From positions 1-64,000 of the forward strand of contig MCFE01000153.1 in NCBI GenBank assembly GCA_002104905.1: 64,000 nt of DNA, read 5' to 3'. This DNA comes from Basidiobolus meristosporus CBS 931.73. Lineage: Eukaryota; Fungi; Basidiobolomycota. Under the pieces are notes generated by a model that saw only the letters and a program-made list of their open reading frames with translations, did no database searches and was not told the DNA's origin. A program made the position numbers and the translations under genes. This document shows, one piece after another, positions 25,673 through 36,502 of this stretch (within the stretch, counting starts at the first letter, position 1; each line of letters begins with the position of its first letter).

Positions 25673-26053
25673 ATGGCATCCACAAGGAAGCTAGGACTCA
25701 TAGCAGTGGTAGCTTTTGCTACAAGTGGCACCTGGGAGAATGGTGATCTAGCTGAGAAGCTGGCTGCGCCCTTGAATTGTGTGGTTTTGGGTTCGGGTTA
25801 CGACTCCCGTCGTATCCCCGAAATCAAGTGGCATGCCATCCTCGAGCCAGAGTGCGTACGAGCTGGATGCAACCCAAATCTAACGTATGCGGGTGAAGCC
25901 AATCAGATGCCACTGCCGATTGGGACTACGCTCAAAGCAGCTAATGGCGCCCTGCCTGTAGATGACAAGCATATGATAAGCAGCTGGGCAGGATCAGTTC
26001 TGCAGATTTGTTGGGTGATAATCCTCTTGAAACTCCCATGTGCATTGGCCTAG
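25673..26053 (+). CDS. Possible small secreted/membrane-anchored orphan protein
   Basis: 126-aa ORF from the first ATG with hydrophobic N- and C-termini and several Cys; no family recognised. Confidence 0.25.
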   Translation: MASTRKLGLIAVVAFATSGTWENGDLAEKLAAPLNCVVLGSGYDSRRIPEIKWHAILEPECVRAGCNPNLTYAGEANQMPLPIGTTLKAANGALPVDDKHMISSWAGSVLQICWVIILLKLPCALA

Positions 26054-26495
26054 AGGCATTGGCTCTTGCTTGGGCCAAACAAAAAAATGGTTTCATTCCA
26101 GTTTATTCGGAAGGGTTTTGTGGCCTCAGGAATGGAGGACCGAACATCTAAGATTTTTGGATGGAAAATGGAGTAAATTGTACAGTTGCCACTGCTTTCA
26201 TAGAAACGTTAAAATAGATGGAAGGTGGGGGAATTTACAAGGAAAGCGTAGACATTAAGGTAGCTGATCATCGATATTATGCAAGTCGAATTAAAACTTT
26301 TGGGTCAATATCATATTACAGTCCAGTGGTTCTCAAACTGTGACCATAAGCCGAAGGGAAATGGCGTGAAGCGTGGGTTGAAAGGAGTAAATACACAGGT
26401 CGACTTGCTCTGGGACAGTCGCGACATTTCCGGCTCCGTATTGACGTGGACCTAGGTCCATCAACGCGAACATTCTCAGGTGGAGGACTGTTTGC

Positions 26496-26996
26496 TCACT
26501 TCGGCAGCCCTGTGACCTTTTCTAGGGCGCTCCTTAGCTCGTCAAGACTGACGGGCTTACCAACACAAGCATTCATTCCCACCTCAGTGTAGTACCGGCG
26601 ATGCTCCTCTAGGTCGTTTGTGGTAACTGCGATGATAGGGATTTGTCTGTTGGACTCAAGAACTTGGAATTTGCTGTATGGGTTTCGAATCTCCTGTGTA
26701 GCCTCAACTCCGGTCAAAACGGGCATATCGATGTCAAGGAGGATGAGGTCGTAGAGGTGGAGCGATAACGCCTCGAGGGCTGACAGTGGGGAGGTGGTGG
26801 CGTAGGTATACTTCACGACATTGGTGAAGTATTTCTTTAACATACGTGTGACTATATTGAGATAGATATGATTATCGTCTACGACTAAAACCCTGAGACC
26901 GTCCTGGAGATCACAGGAACTCTCAGAGGAGGGTGCCGGAAGTTTAAAAGGGCTTTCAACAGATACAGGGGAAGCATGGTGGGCGCTTACACACAT
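26496..26996 (-). CDS. Stand-alone CheY-like response-regulator receiver protein
   Basis: RVLVVDDN, YDLILLDIDMPVLTG (phosphoacceptor Asp), IPIIAVT and VGKP motifs; only a short N-terminal extension and no output domain. Confidence 0.9.
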   Translation of the reverse strand: MCVSAHHASPVSVESPFKLPAPSSESSCDLQDGLRVLVVDDNHIYLNIVTRMLKKYFTNVVKYTYATTSPLSALEALSLHLYDLILLDIDMPVLTGVEATQEIRNPYSKFQVLESNRQIPIIAVTTNDLEEHRRYYTEVGMNACVGKPVSLDELRSALEKVTGLPK

Positions 26997-27499
26997 GACT
27001 ACTTGTAAAGAAGAAGGGAAGCAAGTCGACTACTAGTAGAGGTAAGAAGCCAGCAATTTATATGTAGCCCACAAAATGCGAAAGCAGCGAAGAATTGAGG
27101 ATGGGTACGGGATCAATGCGAATTAATATAGTATTTGACCAGGTCAAATGAGAAAAAAAAGGTTACACGAATGTTGATGGATGAGCAAGTTTAAGGGTGA
27201 ATGGGTGGATATGAGACACCATTCGCTGCGCAAGCCAATTAGGAAAAAGAAAACATGTTAGATGAAAACCACCAGATCAGAATCGCTATTTCAGGATGGG
27301 CGGGGGCACACATCAGTAAGTTCTATCCCTTGCAATACATTGCCATCCATTTCTGTCGCCCTAACCTTATTTGGAGTCACGGAAGTCCGTATTAAAGTCA
27401 GCCTGCCGAGCGACCATTGGCTCCTACGCCTGTCTCTATGCTCAAAATAGCAATCACTCTCTCTGGGTGAGATCAGTTCCCCCGAGTAGGGAGTTGCGG

Positions 27500-30230
27500 T
27501 TTAGTTTTAGCCTCTATCGGGTACTTGTTTTGGAAGCAAGCGCCCAATCCAGTAATACAGTTCAGAGCACAATAGTAACCAACCCCAACAATTTGACCAT
27601 TGTATCAGACTCTCCAACTACAATAATAGTATCGGCGATTCCGGCATTGGATAGGTGGGTAAATAGTTGGCTAAATATATATTCTCCCCTTTCCAGCAAG
27701 CGGGTAGTACATATCGCAGTGTAGATGCCATTGGGAATGTACAGTGGAAGGGTTGATTGCTTGATACACAGCAACGAAATCTATTCCCGATTCTCTGCAT
27801 ATTCATTGCCACACCAGGCAACCTGGACTACTTATCGACATGGATGTCATGCCATGCTGCACCGCAAATAGGATGGTCAATTAATCCACCGCAATTTCAC
27901 ACCAATCCAGCGTAGGTTGCCCATTCGACCATGCGCGACACTCGGCAGCCTCGCGCTGCTATAGCTCTCTTGTGCATAGCCCACTACCGACCCTGGTAGC
28001 ACAGCCACTGCGAAACCAGATTACGGATGCTAGCCCTCTTGACATCTAAATGTCAAATCTCTGTCGCTTAAAGTATATCCCGAAATCGAATATTCTCTTC
28101 ATCTTGTGCAGCACGCTTGTTTACTTTGACAGCAATACCTCGATCGAGTAATACCAATTGAGCTAAACTTAGCAACCTATCTTCTATCTCTATGGAATTC
28201 ATCGATAACACGCTAACCATATGCATTCGCAGGTCCAGTCAGCAGCTTTCCTGTTTAAGCCAGCCGCCCCAATCAAATCACCAGCGAGCATTGAAAACTT
28301 TAAAATGAATAAGCCTGTACTTCATTGGAATCTTCTCATCTTGCCATGTGATTGAGGTGTTATCTCTCACTAGTTTTGCAGTGGTGATACCGTCCCCACC
28401 TCGAGCCCAAACTGCCAAACCAGGTGTACCAGTGCTTCATCCGGTATGGTGCTGGGTGATTCGCCAGCCATTCAACTCGACATCACCCTGCAAGCCCTGC
28501 GACTCGAACAAGTGGGTAGAGGGCGGGTAATTTGCATTGAGAGCATCAGCCTCTGGTAGTCACGGCCTCTTCACCTTCCATAACTGGGAGTCTGGGGGAG
28601 ATTTGTTGCCCAAATCCCATGATTGTTTTGCAATGCTGAATATAGATTCCTGGCCAAGCTAGCCTTGCATGGCTTAATGAATGCACAGAACAGATGCAGG
28701 AAGCGACTGTATTCATTTCGGGTTACATTGGTGATAGGTGAATGGTATCGACGAGGTACCTTGGATATATTTGATGATCAGATGCGTTTCTGATGGAAAT
28801 CTGCAGAAATTTGGTTAGACTGTGATCGTGCGCCCGCCTCATCTATATCCGATGGGACATGTTGAGCGCCACTCCCGAAGGAATATTGGGTACCCAGTCA
28901 CCCGGCAGAAAATGGCTTGTAGCACGATGCTTTTTTGTCGTGCAAGCCCGCATCCTGCTAGGCGTGGACCAACTGGAAGCTTCGCAGGGATTGGTGAGCG
29001 GCTTGACAACCATAGAAGGGTCTAGTTCGGATCGATTTTGGGTTGATTAAGCATCCCATCCATTTCAGCATATCCATCGGAAACCATCAGATAGCCACCG
29101 GCGCCATTAGGAATCGGATGATTTTGGTGGGATGCACCTAATCAAAACAATGGTTTGATTTGGCTAGCCTATCCAATTGACACAGCTTGGATGCGCGCCA
29201 AGCACTGCACTTGCAATGGGTACTCAGTGGACGGTTCCCATGACACCCTACACTCAGAGATTGTCCCTTTCCATTCCCAAGGCACCGCCATCGAGGCAGA
29301 CATCGCCCCAGGTCGCTTCGGCCGCTCCTGTCTTCCTCCGTTCGCACTCCCCATGCCTTAGGGCTTTCTAAAAAGGGGCTGGTTGCGTGGATTCTAGATA
29401 CGCCGTCTATTGGCCTAATGGTCCATACGGATGTGACTCTGGCGTGGTGGAAAGTGCTGACCAGGTTGAGCCAGGCTAGTTTTCTGACGAATCGCAAGGA
29501 ATCCCCGGATGGAAACGCCATTCCCACAAATGATTAATCCCCTCATTTTGAACGAATGAAATGACTCCCTCCGGGCAGTCAGATGATCCGATGGTGGATT
29601 ACTCATTCAGTCCCAGATCTCGCACTGGCGATGGTGAGTTGCATGAAGAGTGCTGGAGTATTCGTGATGAGTTAATTCGTACCAATCCAGTTGATTGCAT
29701 GGCTCACCATCCAGGACAGCTGCCCTAATGGAGAACTGGTGTCTCTCCAAGGTTGCAGTCCAATCGTGACACACGAGAAGCGTCTATGGAAGTCTTGGTG
29801 GGATCTAGATGAAACAACCAGGTGATGGTCCACTCCCACTAAAAAGGTGCATTTGCGATCCATGGTCGACTTCTCACCAGGGAGCTGGCATTTGGCTGAT
29901 AGAGATACGTCACGAATGTGGCTCGCTAATACGCATCTCAAGTGCTTGCTAGTGGTGAAGTAAAGTCGTAGGTTGGAAGGGTAGGTGGTCAGACAGGGAT
30001 GGCTTGCCAAGTTGCCACATGCTCACGTATAAGCAAGATTCCTTCCAGAAGGCCAGTGTGGTCCTCATTACTTCCACATAGTGTTTTCCAGCAGGTAACA
30101 CCATTGGTAGTCAGCTGATTAGTTGGCCATCCGGGTCAGTTAGGTTCCGTGGTTCAATGCCTGTTGGAATCCCAATTTCCCCAAACATGTGGAATTCATG
30201 CCAAAAGATGATGATAGACTAGCCATAATC
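27500..30230 (-). pseudogene. Probable decayed protein-coding gene of unknown family
   Basis: Minus-strand frames give protein-like stretches broken by isolated stops, e.g. FWHEFHMFGEIGIPTGIEPRNLTDPDGQLIS*LPMVLPAGKHYVEV (~30200-30070) and LNANYPPSTHLFESQGLQGDVELNGWRITQHHTG*STGTPGLAVWARGGDG (~28540-28390). Confidence 0.35.
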
Positions 30231-30263
30231 GCCCACTTATGGACAATTTATTTATAAACCTAT

Positions 30264-30282
30264 TATATATATATATATATAT
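30264..30282. repeat. (TA)n microsatellite
   Basis: About 9-10 TA units directly visible. Confidence 0.9.
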
Positions 30283-31369
30283 GCTGCATGAAAAATACTT
30301 ATGTCCTGTAAACACCATACTGATTGGTGGGAGTCCATGGGGTTTCCGGAGTGAGCAATTTGCAATAACCTCGACACCAGTCCGACGTCTAATGAATCTG
30401 GTACCACTAATCCTCACTACACCATGCTCACCACTAGGGATTCGATTCTCAACTGCTGACACTGTATTTCGTGACATCCTGTTGAAGATGTCGAGATGGT
30501 GTGGGGTCTTAGCCCATAACATTAATTGGGATTTGGCTGAAATTAATACCTTGCAGTGGCACTTGCTTGCCACCATCTGGCTGGAGAGTACGGTCAAATC
30601 GACGTGACCTGAACTATTGCCTGATCGATGGTATCCTTTTGGGGCAATCTACTTTGAAAACCGGTAAGGGTCGTCACTTTACTGATCAAGTGTATCGCTG
30701 ATAAGCATACAATGGAATAACCCTGGAAAGCTAACTGTACCGGCATCACCAGTGGAAACTTCTGTGGCTGTCTTGAGGGGGGGGGTTGATCCCCTCTGGA
30801 TTCAATATTTCTTCAGGATTAACCCAGCCTGGATTAAGGCGATTGCTTCACGGTGTTATGCTGAAGATAAAATCGTGGTGTCTGTCTATTTTACAGGTTT
30901 GTGTGAGCCACAACAAATCCCAAGTATTGGAAAATGGATACCAGGATTTGCGTCTGCATATGTGATTTGGTGATAATGCAGCGTGACGCTTACTTGTGGG
31001 TATATAGAGGGGAAGCCGAGCAATCATTCATTTGATTGTCCTTCAAATGCCAGTAGATGGTTCAAGCTAGACTCTTTTGCTGTTCTTTTGTTTCTCCCCA
31101 TCTTTTTACTCCAGGCTCCCAATGGTATGCTTCACAGCCTCCTGTAACCAGATTTTGGGGAGTATTGAAGAGGTCGGACAGAGCCAGAACATTTGTAGGG
31201 CATCATCACATGCCTGCTCGTTGTGGAATGTAAAAGTGTTGCTGGGAGACAGATTCTAAAAGGCTGGTACAGCTTTTCAAGTTTCTTCATTGCTTGCTCA
31301 ATTAAACCGCTACTCACGTTGTAAACATAGAATCAAGCAATACCTAAATTGACTAATACTTGTAGATAT

Positions 31370-31713
31370 TGTTGTATAACTCATAATTCCCCTGAATATT
31401 CAACTAACTTAGTCACTTAGATCATTACCTTCAAATCCTAGAGTATACTGACCAATCTTGTCGGGATTTACTTACAGTATTTTCACCAAAATATCAGGTA
31501 CCCTGAACATGAAAATTAGATAAGTTGTCCAAACAGCCCCAAACTTTGCAAACATCTTCTTGGGACCTTCCCAGGCTTATTCTATGTGCTTTTTATGCCA
31601 AGACCATGTAAAAGTATAAATACTACTTATATGTTCAATAAATCATTAAGTGAAAACCACATAATCTACTTGTCCTCCAAATCACTTCCAATATCTCCAA
31701 GACTCTTACAACA
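31370..31713 (+). repeat. 5' LTR of the host copia element
   Basis: TGTTGTA...TTACAACA; TATA-like GTATAAATA and AATAAA inside; followed by the PBS. Confidence 0.9.
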
Positions 31714-31811
31714 GGCTATGAGGCCCAAGCTGTCACTCTCTGCAATGTCCAATACTGCTATTACTGGAACTTTTCCCTTTGCTGAAAAGTTGGATGGATC
31801 TAACTACCAAG

Positions 31812-32160
31812 TGTTGTAAGAGTCTTGGAGATATTGGAAGTGATTGGGAGAACAAGTAGATTATGTGGTTTTCACTTAATGATTTATTGAATGTAAAAGT
31901 GGTATTTATACTTTTACCTGGTCTTGGCATTACAAACACGTAGAATAGGCTAAGGAAGGTCCCAAGAACATGTGTGCAAAGTTTGGGGCTGTTTGGACAA
32001 CTTTGAGAATTTTCATGTTCTGGGTACCTGGTATTTTGGTGAAAATATTCTAAGTAAATCCCGACAAGGAATTTGGTCAGTATTTTCTAGGATTTGAAGG
32101 TAATGATCTAAGTGACTAAGTTAGGTGAATATTTAGGTGGAAATACGAATTTTTACAACA
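31812..32160 (-). repeat. 3' LTR of the young copia element
   Basis: Abuts the polypurine tract at 32161-32169; TG...CA ends with 8-bp inverted termini. Confidence 0.97.
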
Positions 32161-32171
32161 CTCCCACTCAG

Positions 32172-34187
32172 CTAAATGTTCATACTGACTAGTCCTAATT
32201 TTGACCTAAGATATTCAAACTTGTCTCTAGCTAATGGTTTGGTAAATATGTCTGCAATCATTTCATCTGTAGGACAGTAAACTAAGCTAACTAAGTTACT
32301 CTCTATAGCTTCACGTATGAAATGATGTCTAATATCTATGTGCTTGGTTCTAGCATGAAAAGTTGGATTTCTACCTAATTGTATACATCCTTGATTATCT
32401 TTAAATAAAGTAATAGGCGTTTTTTGACATAGGCCTAAATCTGTTAAGAGTTTTCTTAACCACATTGCTTCTTTTGTAGCTTCACAGGCTGCCATATACT
32501 CTGCCTCTGTAGTAGAAAGTGCTACGGTTGGTTGCTTTCTTGAATTCCATGAAATTGCTCCTTTACAGTAAAGAAAGGTGTATCCTGTGGTGGATCTTCT
32601 GTCTTCTAAATTTTGTCCCCAATCAGCATCAGAGTATCCCACAAGATCCTGTTCTGAATCCTTATAAGTGTATCTTAAGCAGATATCAGCAGTTCCTTTT
32701 AGGTATCTAAAAATCCGCTTAACTGCTGCAATATGATCAGATCCATAATTCTGATTATGTTGGCTGACAACTCCCACTGAATATGAGATATCTGGACGTG
32801 TTCCAAGCATGATATACATCAGACTGCCGACCATAGATTGATAAGGAAAGTCAGGGCTTTCAGATGGCACCAAGCTCTCTTGATTTGGTTGAGTTTTGAC
32901 CAAGTTAAGGTTTGTCTCCATTGGGGTAGCTGCCGGTTTACAGTCTTCCATTTTGTACTTCTTTAGTATATCTTGAATATACTTGGATTGGCTTAGGGTA
33001 ATAGTCTGGGTACTTCTGTCTATGGAGAACTTAATCCCTAAGTAGTAACTGAGTTCTCCTAGATCGGACATCTTGAACTCCTTAGATAGGCTGGATTTAG
33101 TGTCTTCCAATGTTTCTAGGTTATTGGTGGCTATAATAAGATCATCCACATATAGAGCTAATAGAACTGGATTTGCTCTATCTGGCTTATAGTATATACT
33201 ATAGTCAGCATTACTCCTTTTGAAACTCAAAGATTCCAAATAAGAATCTATCTTGCAATTCCAGGCTCTCAGTGATTGTTTGAGACCATATAGTGACTTT
33301 TTAAGCTTGCAGACCAAATGGGGGTTATCTTGGTCAACAAACCCATCAGGCTGGTCCATATACACATCCTCATCAAGTTCTCCATTCAAAAATGCAGTTT
33401 TTACATCCATTTGATGAATAAAAAACTTATATTTGGCTGCAATAGCCAATATTAATCTGATGGAATTAAACTTGGCTACCGGTGCAAAGGTCTCAGTATA
33501 GTCAAGTCCTTTTGTTTGAGAGTATCCTTTGGCTACAAGTCTTGCTTTATATCTTTCAATTGTACCATCAGCCTTGTACTTTGTCTTGAAGACCCATCTG
33601 CATCCAATTGATTTTCGGCTGATTGGTAATTTGACTAAGTCCCAAGTTTGATTTTCCATCAGGGCCTGATATTCCTCAGTCATTGCAGATCTCCAAAACT
33701 TTGTCTGAGGGCTATTTAGGGCCTCTTTTACAGTTTGGGGTTCATCAATATGGACTGAATAGGCATAGGCTAAGTTTGTACCCTCATTAATATAGTAATT
33801 TGGGCTATTTCTTGTCCGATTTGATCTCCGGGCATTTGATACTGGAATGATCACTTCTGGGATATTCCTGGGCACTGATTCTGGCTGAACCACAGTTGTA
33901 GAGTCCTCTGGAGTGAAAAAATTTTCATTGTTTTGCTCTGATTCAATTCTGACAATTGGTGGACTTGAGATCAAATTTTTGTCATCATCTGATGTCATTT
34001 TTTGTGAAAATTTTGAATTTTCATCAAACAACACATCCCTGGACTTGATCAGCTTCTTTGCTTCGGTATTGTAGAGTCTGTATGCCTTACTCTCATTGCA
34101 GTAGCCCAAAAATATGCATTTTACACTTTTTGGCTCAAATTTTGACTGATTTCCGGCCAGTTTTTTTGGCATATGCTGTACACCCAA
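32172..34187 (-). CDS. Copia pol, 3' part: integrase C-terminus, reverse transcriptase, RNase H
   Basis: [46 protein letters not shown] and ADIFTK motifs. Separated from the upstream ORF by a frameshift at the A7 run (34161-34167). Confidence 0.97.
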   Translation of the reverse strand: MGVQHMPKKLAGNQSKFEPKSVKCIFLGYCNESKAYRLYNTEAKKLIKSRDVLFDENSKFSQKMTSDDDKNLISSPPIVRIESEQNNENFFTPEDSTTVVQPESVPRNIPEVIIPVSNARRSNRTRNSPNYYINEGTNLAYAYSVHIDEPQTVKEALNSPQTKFWRSAMTEEYQALMENQTWDLVKLPISRKSIGCRWVFKTKYKADGTIERYKARLVAKGYSQTKGLDYTETFAPVAKFNSIRLILAIAAKYKFFIHQMDVKTAFLNGELDEDVYMDQPDGFVDQDNPHLVCKLKKSLYGLKQSLRAWNCKIDSYLESLSFKRSNADYSIYYKPDRANPVLLALYVDDLIIATNNLETLEDTKSSLSKEFKMSDLGELSYYLGIKFSIDRSTQTITLSQSKYIQDILKKYKMEDCKPAATPMETNLNLVKTQPNQESLVPSESPDFPYQSMVGSLMYIMLGTRPDISYSVGVVSQHNQNYGSDHIAAVKRIFRYLKGTADICLRYTYKDSEQDLVGYSDADWGQNLEDRRSTTGYTFLYCKGAISWNSRKQPTVALSTTEAEYMAACEATKEAMWLRKLLTDLGLCQKTPITLFKDNQGCIQLGRNPTFHARTKHIDIRHHFIREAIESNLVSLVYCPTDEMIADIFTKPLARDKFEYLRSKLGLVSMNI

Positions 34188-36144
34188 ATATTCTTAGATG
34201 TTCTGCACTTGGTCTGTATCCATACCATGCTTCAAATGGAGTAGAATCACGAAGTATTCTGTTATAACTCCTATTTTTAAGATATACAGCAGTGGCAACT
34301 GATTCCGCCCAAAAATCATAGGATAATTTTTGATCATGGATCATAGATCTTGCCATATCAATTATTGATCTGTTAGCTCGTTCTGCTACTCCATTTTGCT
34401 GTGGGGAGTATGGTACAGTAGTCTCTTGCTTTATCCCATGAATTTTGCAGAAGTGGATGAAGAGTTTTGAGGTATATTCTCCACCATTGTCAGAGCGTAT
34501 TTTCTTGATTTTTTCACCAGTTTCTCTCTCCACCATGGCTTTAAACTCCCTGAACTTAGACAGAGCTTCTTCCTTTCTCTCCATGAAATAGACCCATGTG
34601 TATCTTGTATAATCATCAATAAAAGTGATTAAATACTTCATCCCGCCTAAGGATAAATTTTGCATAGGTCCACACAGATCTGAGTGAATTAGATCTAATT
34701 TTTTCTTAGTTTTGATTAACCCAGAGCTCTTGAACGGTTGTCTGGCTTGTTTCCCATATATGCAGGCTTCACAGTGCTCCAAATTAGCTGGGGGATCAAT
34801 TTTTACTCCAGAAATTAGCTGATCTTTGATCATTTTGCGCAAATAATCAAAATTGATGTGCCCAAATCTCCTGTGCCAAAGCATTGGTGTTTCTTCATTT
34901 AAGTTACTTATATTGGCTTCCAGATATGATGGAATATAAGTCAACTTGTATAGATTCTGATCTCTGATGCCTGAAGCAATATGAGCACCATTTTGATCAG
35001 TGATCCTGCATCCAGAATTGTCAAAACTGAAACTGAGTCCTTCTGCTGTGGCCTTGCTTACAGAGAGTAGGTTCTTGGCTATTTCTGGTACATAGAGTAC
35101 TTCTTTAAAGGTCAGTGTATGGCTTCCTTCACTGCTTCTTAGGTTTACTTGGATAGTTCCTTCTCCCACTGCATCAAGTGTTCTATCGTCACCCATGAAA
35201 ACCTTCTTAATTGGAATTTCTTGATATTGGGTAAAAAGTTCTTTTTGGTGTGTAAAGTGTTGAGAAGCTCCAGAGTCAATATACCACGTCTGAGAATCCT
35301 TGTTTGTGGTCATATTTAGTGCAGATATGAATAGTCTATCTTCAGTTGTTGCAGCATTTCCATATTCAGGCTTCTTTTGCTGATAATCTCTCTTTTTGAA
35401 ACACCGGTCTGATGTGTGTCCTTTCCTTTTGCAGTAGTTGCAAAATAGGTTGCTGTTGCCTTTGTAGGGTCTTGGGTACCTCCTTTGTTGGTTATCATTG
35501 CTTATTAAAGCATTTTCTTCTTCGTTCTTATTGGCGCTTGATTTTCTTAATTCTTCATCCAGGAGCCTTCCATATACGTAATTTAAGGTCAAATCTTCAG
35601 TTCTGGACTCTAGGGCTGATACAAGGCCCTGAAACTTGTCTGTCAGGCTATTCAGGATGGTAACTATCACATCCTCATCAGTAGTTGGTACGCCCACAGA
35701 TTCCATCTCATCTACCAGCAGGGTAATTCTGTTAATTAGATTTTTCATTTCTTCTCCTGGCAGCATCTTTGTAGTAAAGAATTTTCTTCTCAGATACATT
35801 TTCTTGGCAGCTGAACATGACTGGTAGGTGTCTTCTAAAGCCTTCCAGGCATTCTTTGCCGTTTTTGCTCTTGAGCATTGAATTAGCAATTTGTCCTTGA
35901 CATTAAGGCAAATGCAGTTAAAGGCACTTTGTTCTTTCTTCTGGTACTTTAAGGCTTCCTCTCCCACGTTTTTAGGAGGGCATTCTTCTCCCATGACAAT
36001 ATCCCAAAGGCCTCTTTCTTGTAGCAGCATCTTCATCTTCACCTTCCACACTTGGTAGTTAGAGCCATCCAACTTTTCAGCAGAGGGAAAAATTCCAGTA
36101 ATAGCAGTAGTAGACATTGCAGAGAGTGACAGCTCGGGGCTCAT
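34135..36144 (-). CDS. Copia gag-protease-integrase ORF
   Basis: Zinc knuckle CNYCKRKGHTSDRC, protease WYIDSGASQH, GAG-pre-integrase LWHRRFGH..CEAC, and DDE core (HSDLCGP, RSDNGGEY, NGVAERANR). In-frame ATGs at 36144 (inside the PBS) and 36117. Confidence 0.97.
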   Translation of the reverse strand: MSPELSLSAMSTTAITGIFPSAEKLDGSNYQVWKVKMKMLLQERGLWDIVMGEECPPKNVGEEALKYQKKEQSAFNCICLNVKDKLLIQCSRAKTAKNAWKALEDTYQSCSAAKKMYLRRKFFTTKMLPGEEMKNLINRITLLVDEMESVGVPTTDEDVIVTILNSLTDKFQGLVSALESRTEDLTLNYVYGRLLDEELRKSSANKNEEENALISNDNQQRRYPRPYKGNSNLFCNYCKRKGHTSDRCFKKRDYQQKKPEYGNAATTEDRLFISALNMTTNKDSQTWYIDSGASQHFTHQKELFTQYQEIPIKKVFMGDDRTLDAVGEGTIQVNLRSSEGSHTLTFKEVLYVPEIAKNLLSVSKATAEGLSFSFDNSGCRITDQNGAHIASGIRDQNLYKLTYIPSYLEANISNLNEETPMLWHRRFGHINFDYLRKMIKDQLISGVKIDPPANLEHCEACIYGKQARQPFKSSGLIKTKKKLDLIHSDLCGPMQNLSLGGMKYLITFIDDYTRYTWVYFMERKEEALSKFREFKAMVERETGEKIKKIRSDNGGEYTSKLFIHFCKIHGIKQETTVPYSPQQNGVAERANRSIIDMARSMIHDQKLSYDFWAESVATAVYLKNRSYNRILRDSTPFEAWYGYRPSAEHLRIFGCTAYAKKTGRKSVKI

Positions 36145-36148
36145 AACC
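36137..36148 (-). other. Primer-binding site complementary to the tRNA-iMet anticodon arm (half-tRNA priming type)
   Basis: GGTTATGAGCCC immediately 3' of the 5' LTR, as in yeast Ty5 and similar to Drosophila copia. Confidence 0.85.
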
Positions 36149-36497
36149 TGTTGTAAGAGTCTTGGAGATATTGGAAGTGATTGGGAGAACAAGTAGATTA
36201 TGTGGTTTTCACTTAATGATTTATTGAATGTAAAAGTGGTATTTATACTTTTACCTGGTCTTGGCATTACAAACACGTAGAATAGGTTAAGGAAGGTCCC
36301 AAGAACATGTGTGCAAAGTTTGGGGCTGTTTGGACAACTTTGAGAATTTTCATGTTCTGGGTACCTGGTATTTTGGTGAAAATATTCTAAGTAAATCCCG
36401 ACAAGGAATTTGGTCAGTATTTTCTAGGATTTGAAGGTAATGATCTAAGTGACTAAGTTAGGTGAATATTTAGGTGGAAATACAAATTTTTACAACA
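36149..36497 (-). repeat. 5' LTR of the young copia element
   Basis: Identical to 31812-32160 except at 36287 and 36484. Confidence 0.97.
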
Positions 36498-36502
36498 CCA
36501 AG

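Larger units (their letters stand above)
31812..36497 (-). mobile_element. Young full-length Ty1/copia LTR retrotransposon (family 1), 4686 bp
   Basis: 349-bp LTRs at 31812-32160 and 36149-36497 differing at 2 positions; perfect TSD CCAAG (31807-31811, 36498-36502). PBS and PPT (GAGTGGGAG) are present, with gag-PR-IN-RT-RH order. Confidence 0.99.

Noticed and set aside
27562-27774. Nucleotidyltransferase-like snippet LSNAGIADTIIVVGE
   Set aside because: No GxGxR motif or further similarity; too short to call.
31586-31939. ORFs MLFMPRPCKS.../MFVMPRPGKS..., and the same extension on ORF 34135-36276
   Set aside because: Open frames within LTR sequence upstream of the PBS; not independent genes.
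34161-34167. Programmed ribosomal frameshift in the young copia element
   Set aside because: It needs +1 rather than the -1 typical of A-run slippery sites, lies inside integrase rather than at gag/pol, and the sister copy is in one frame.
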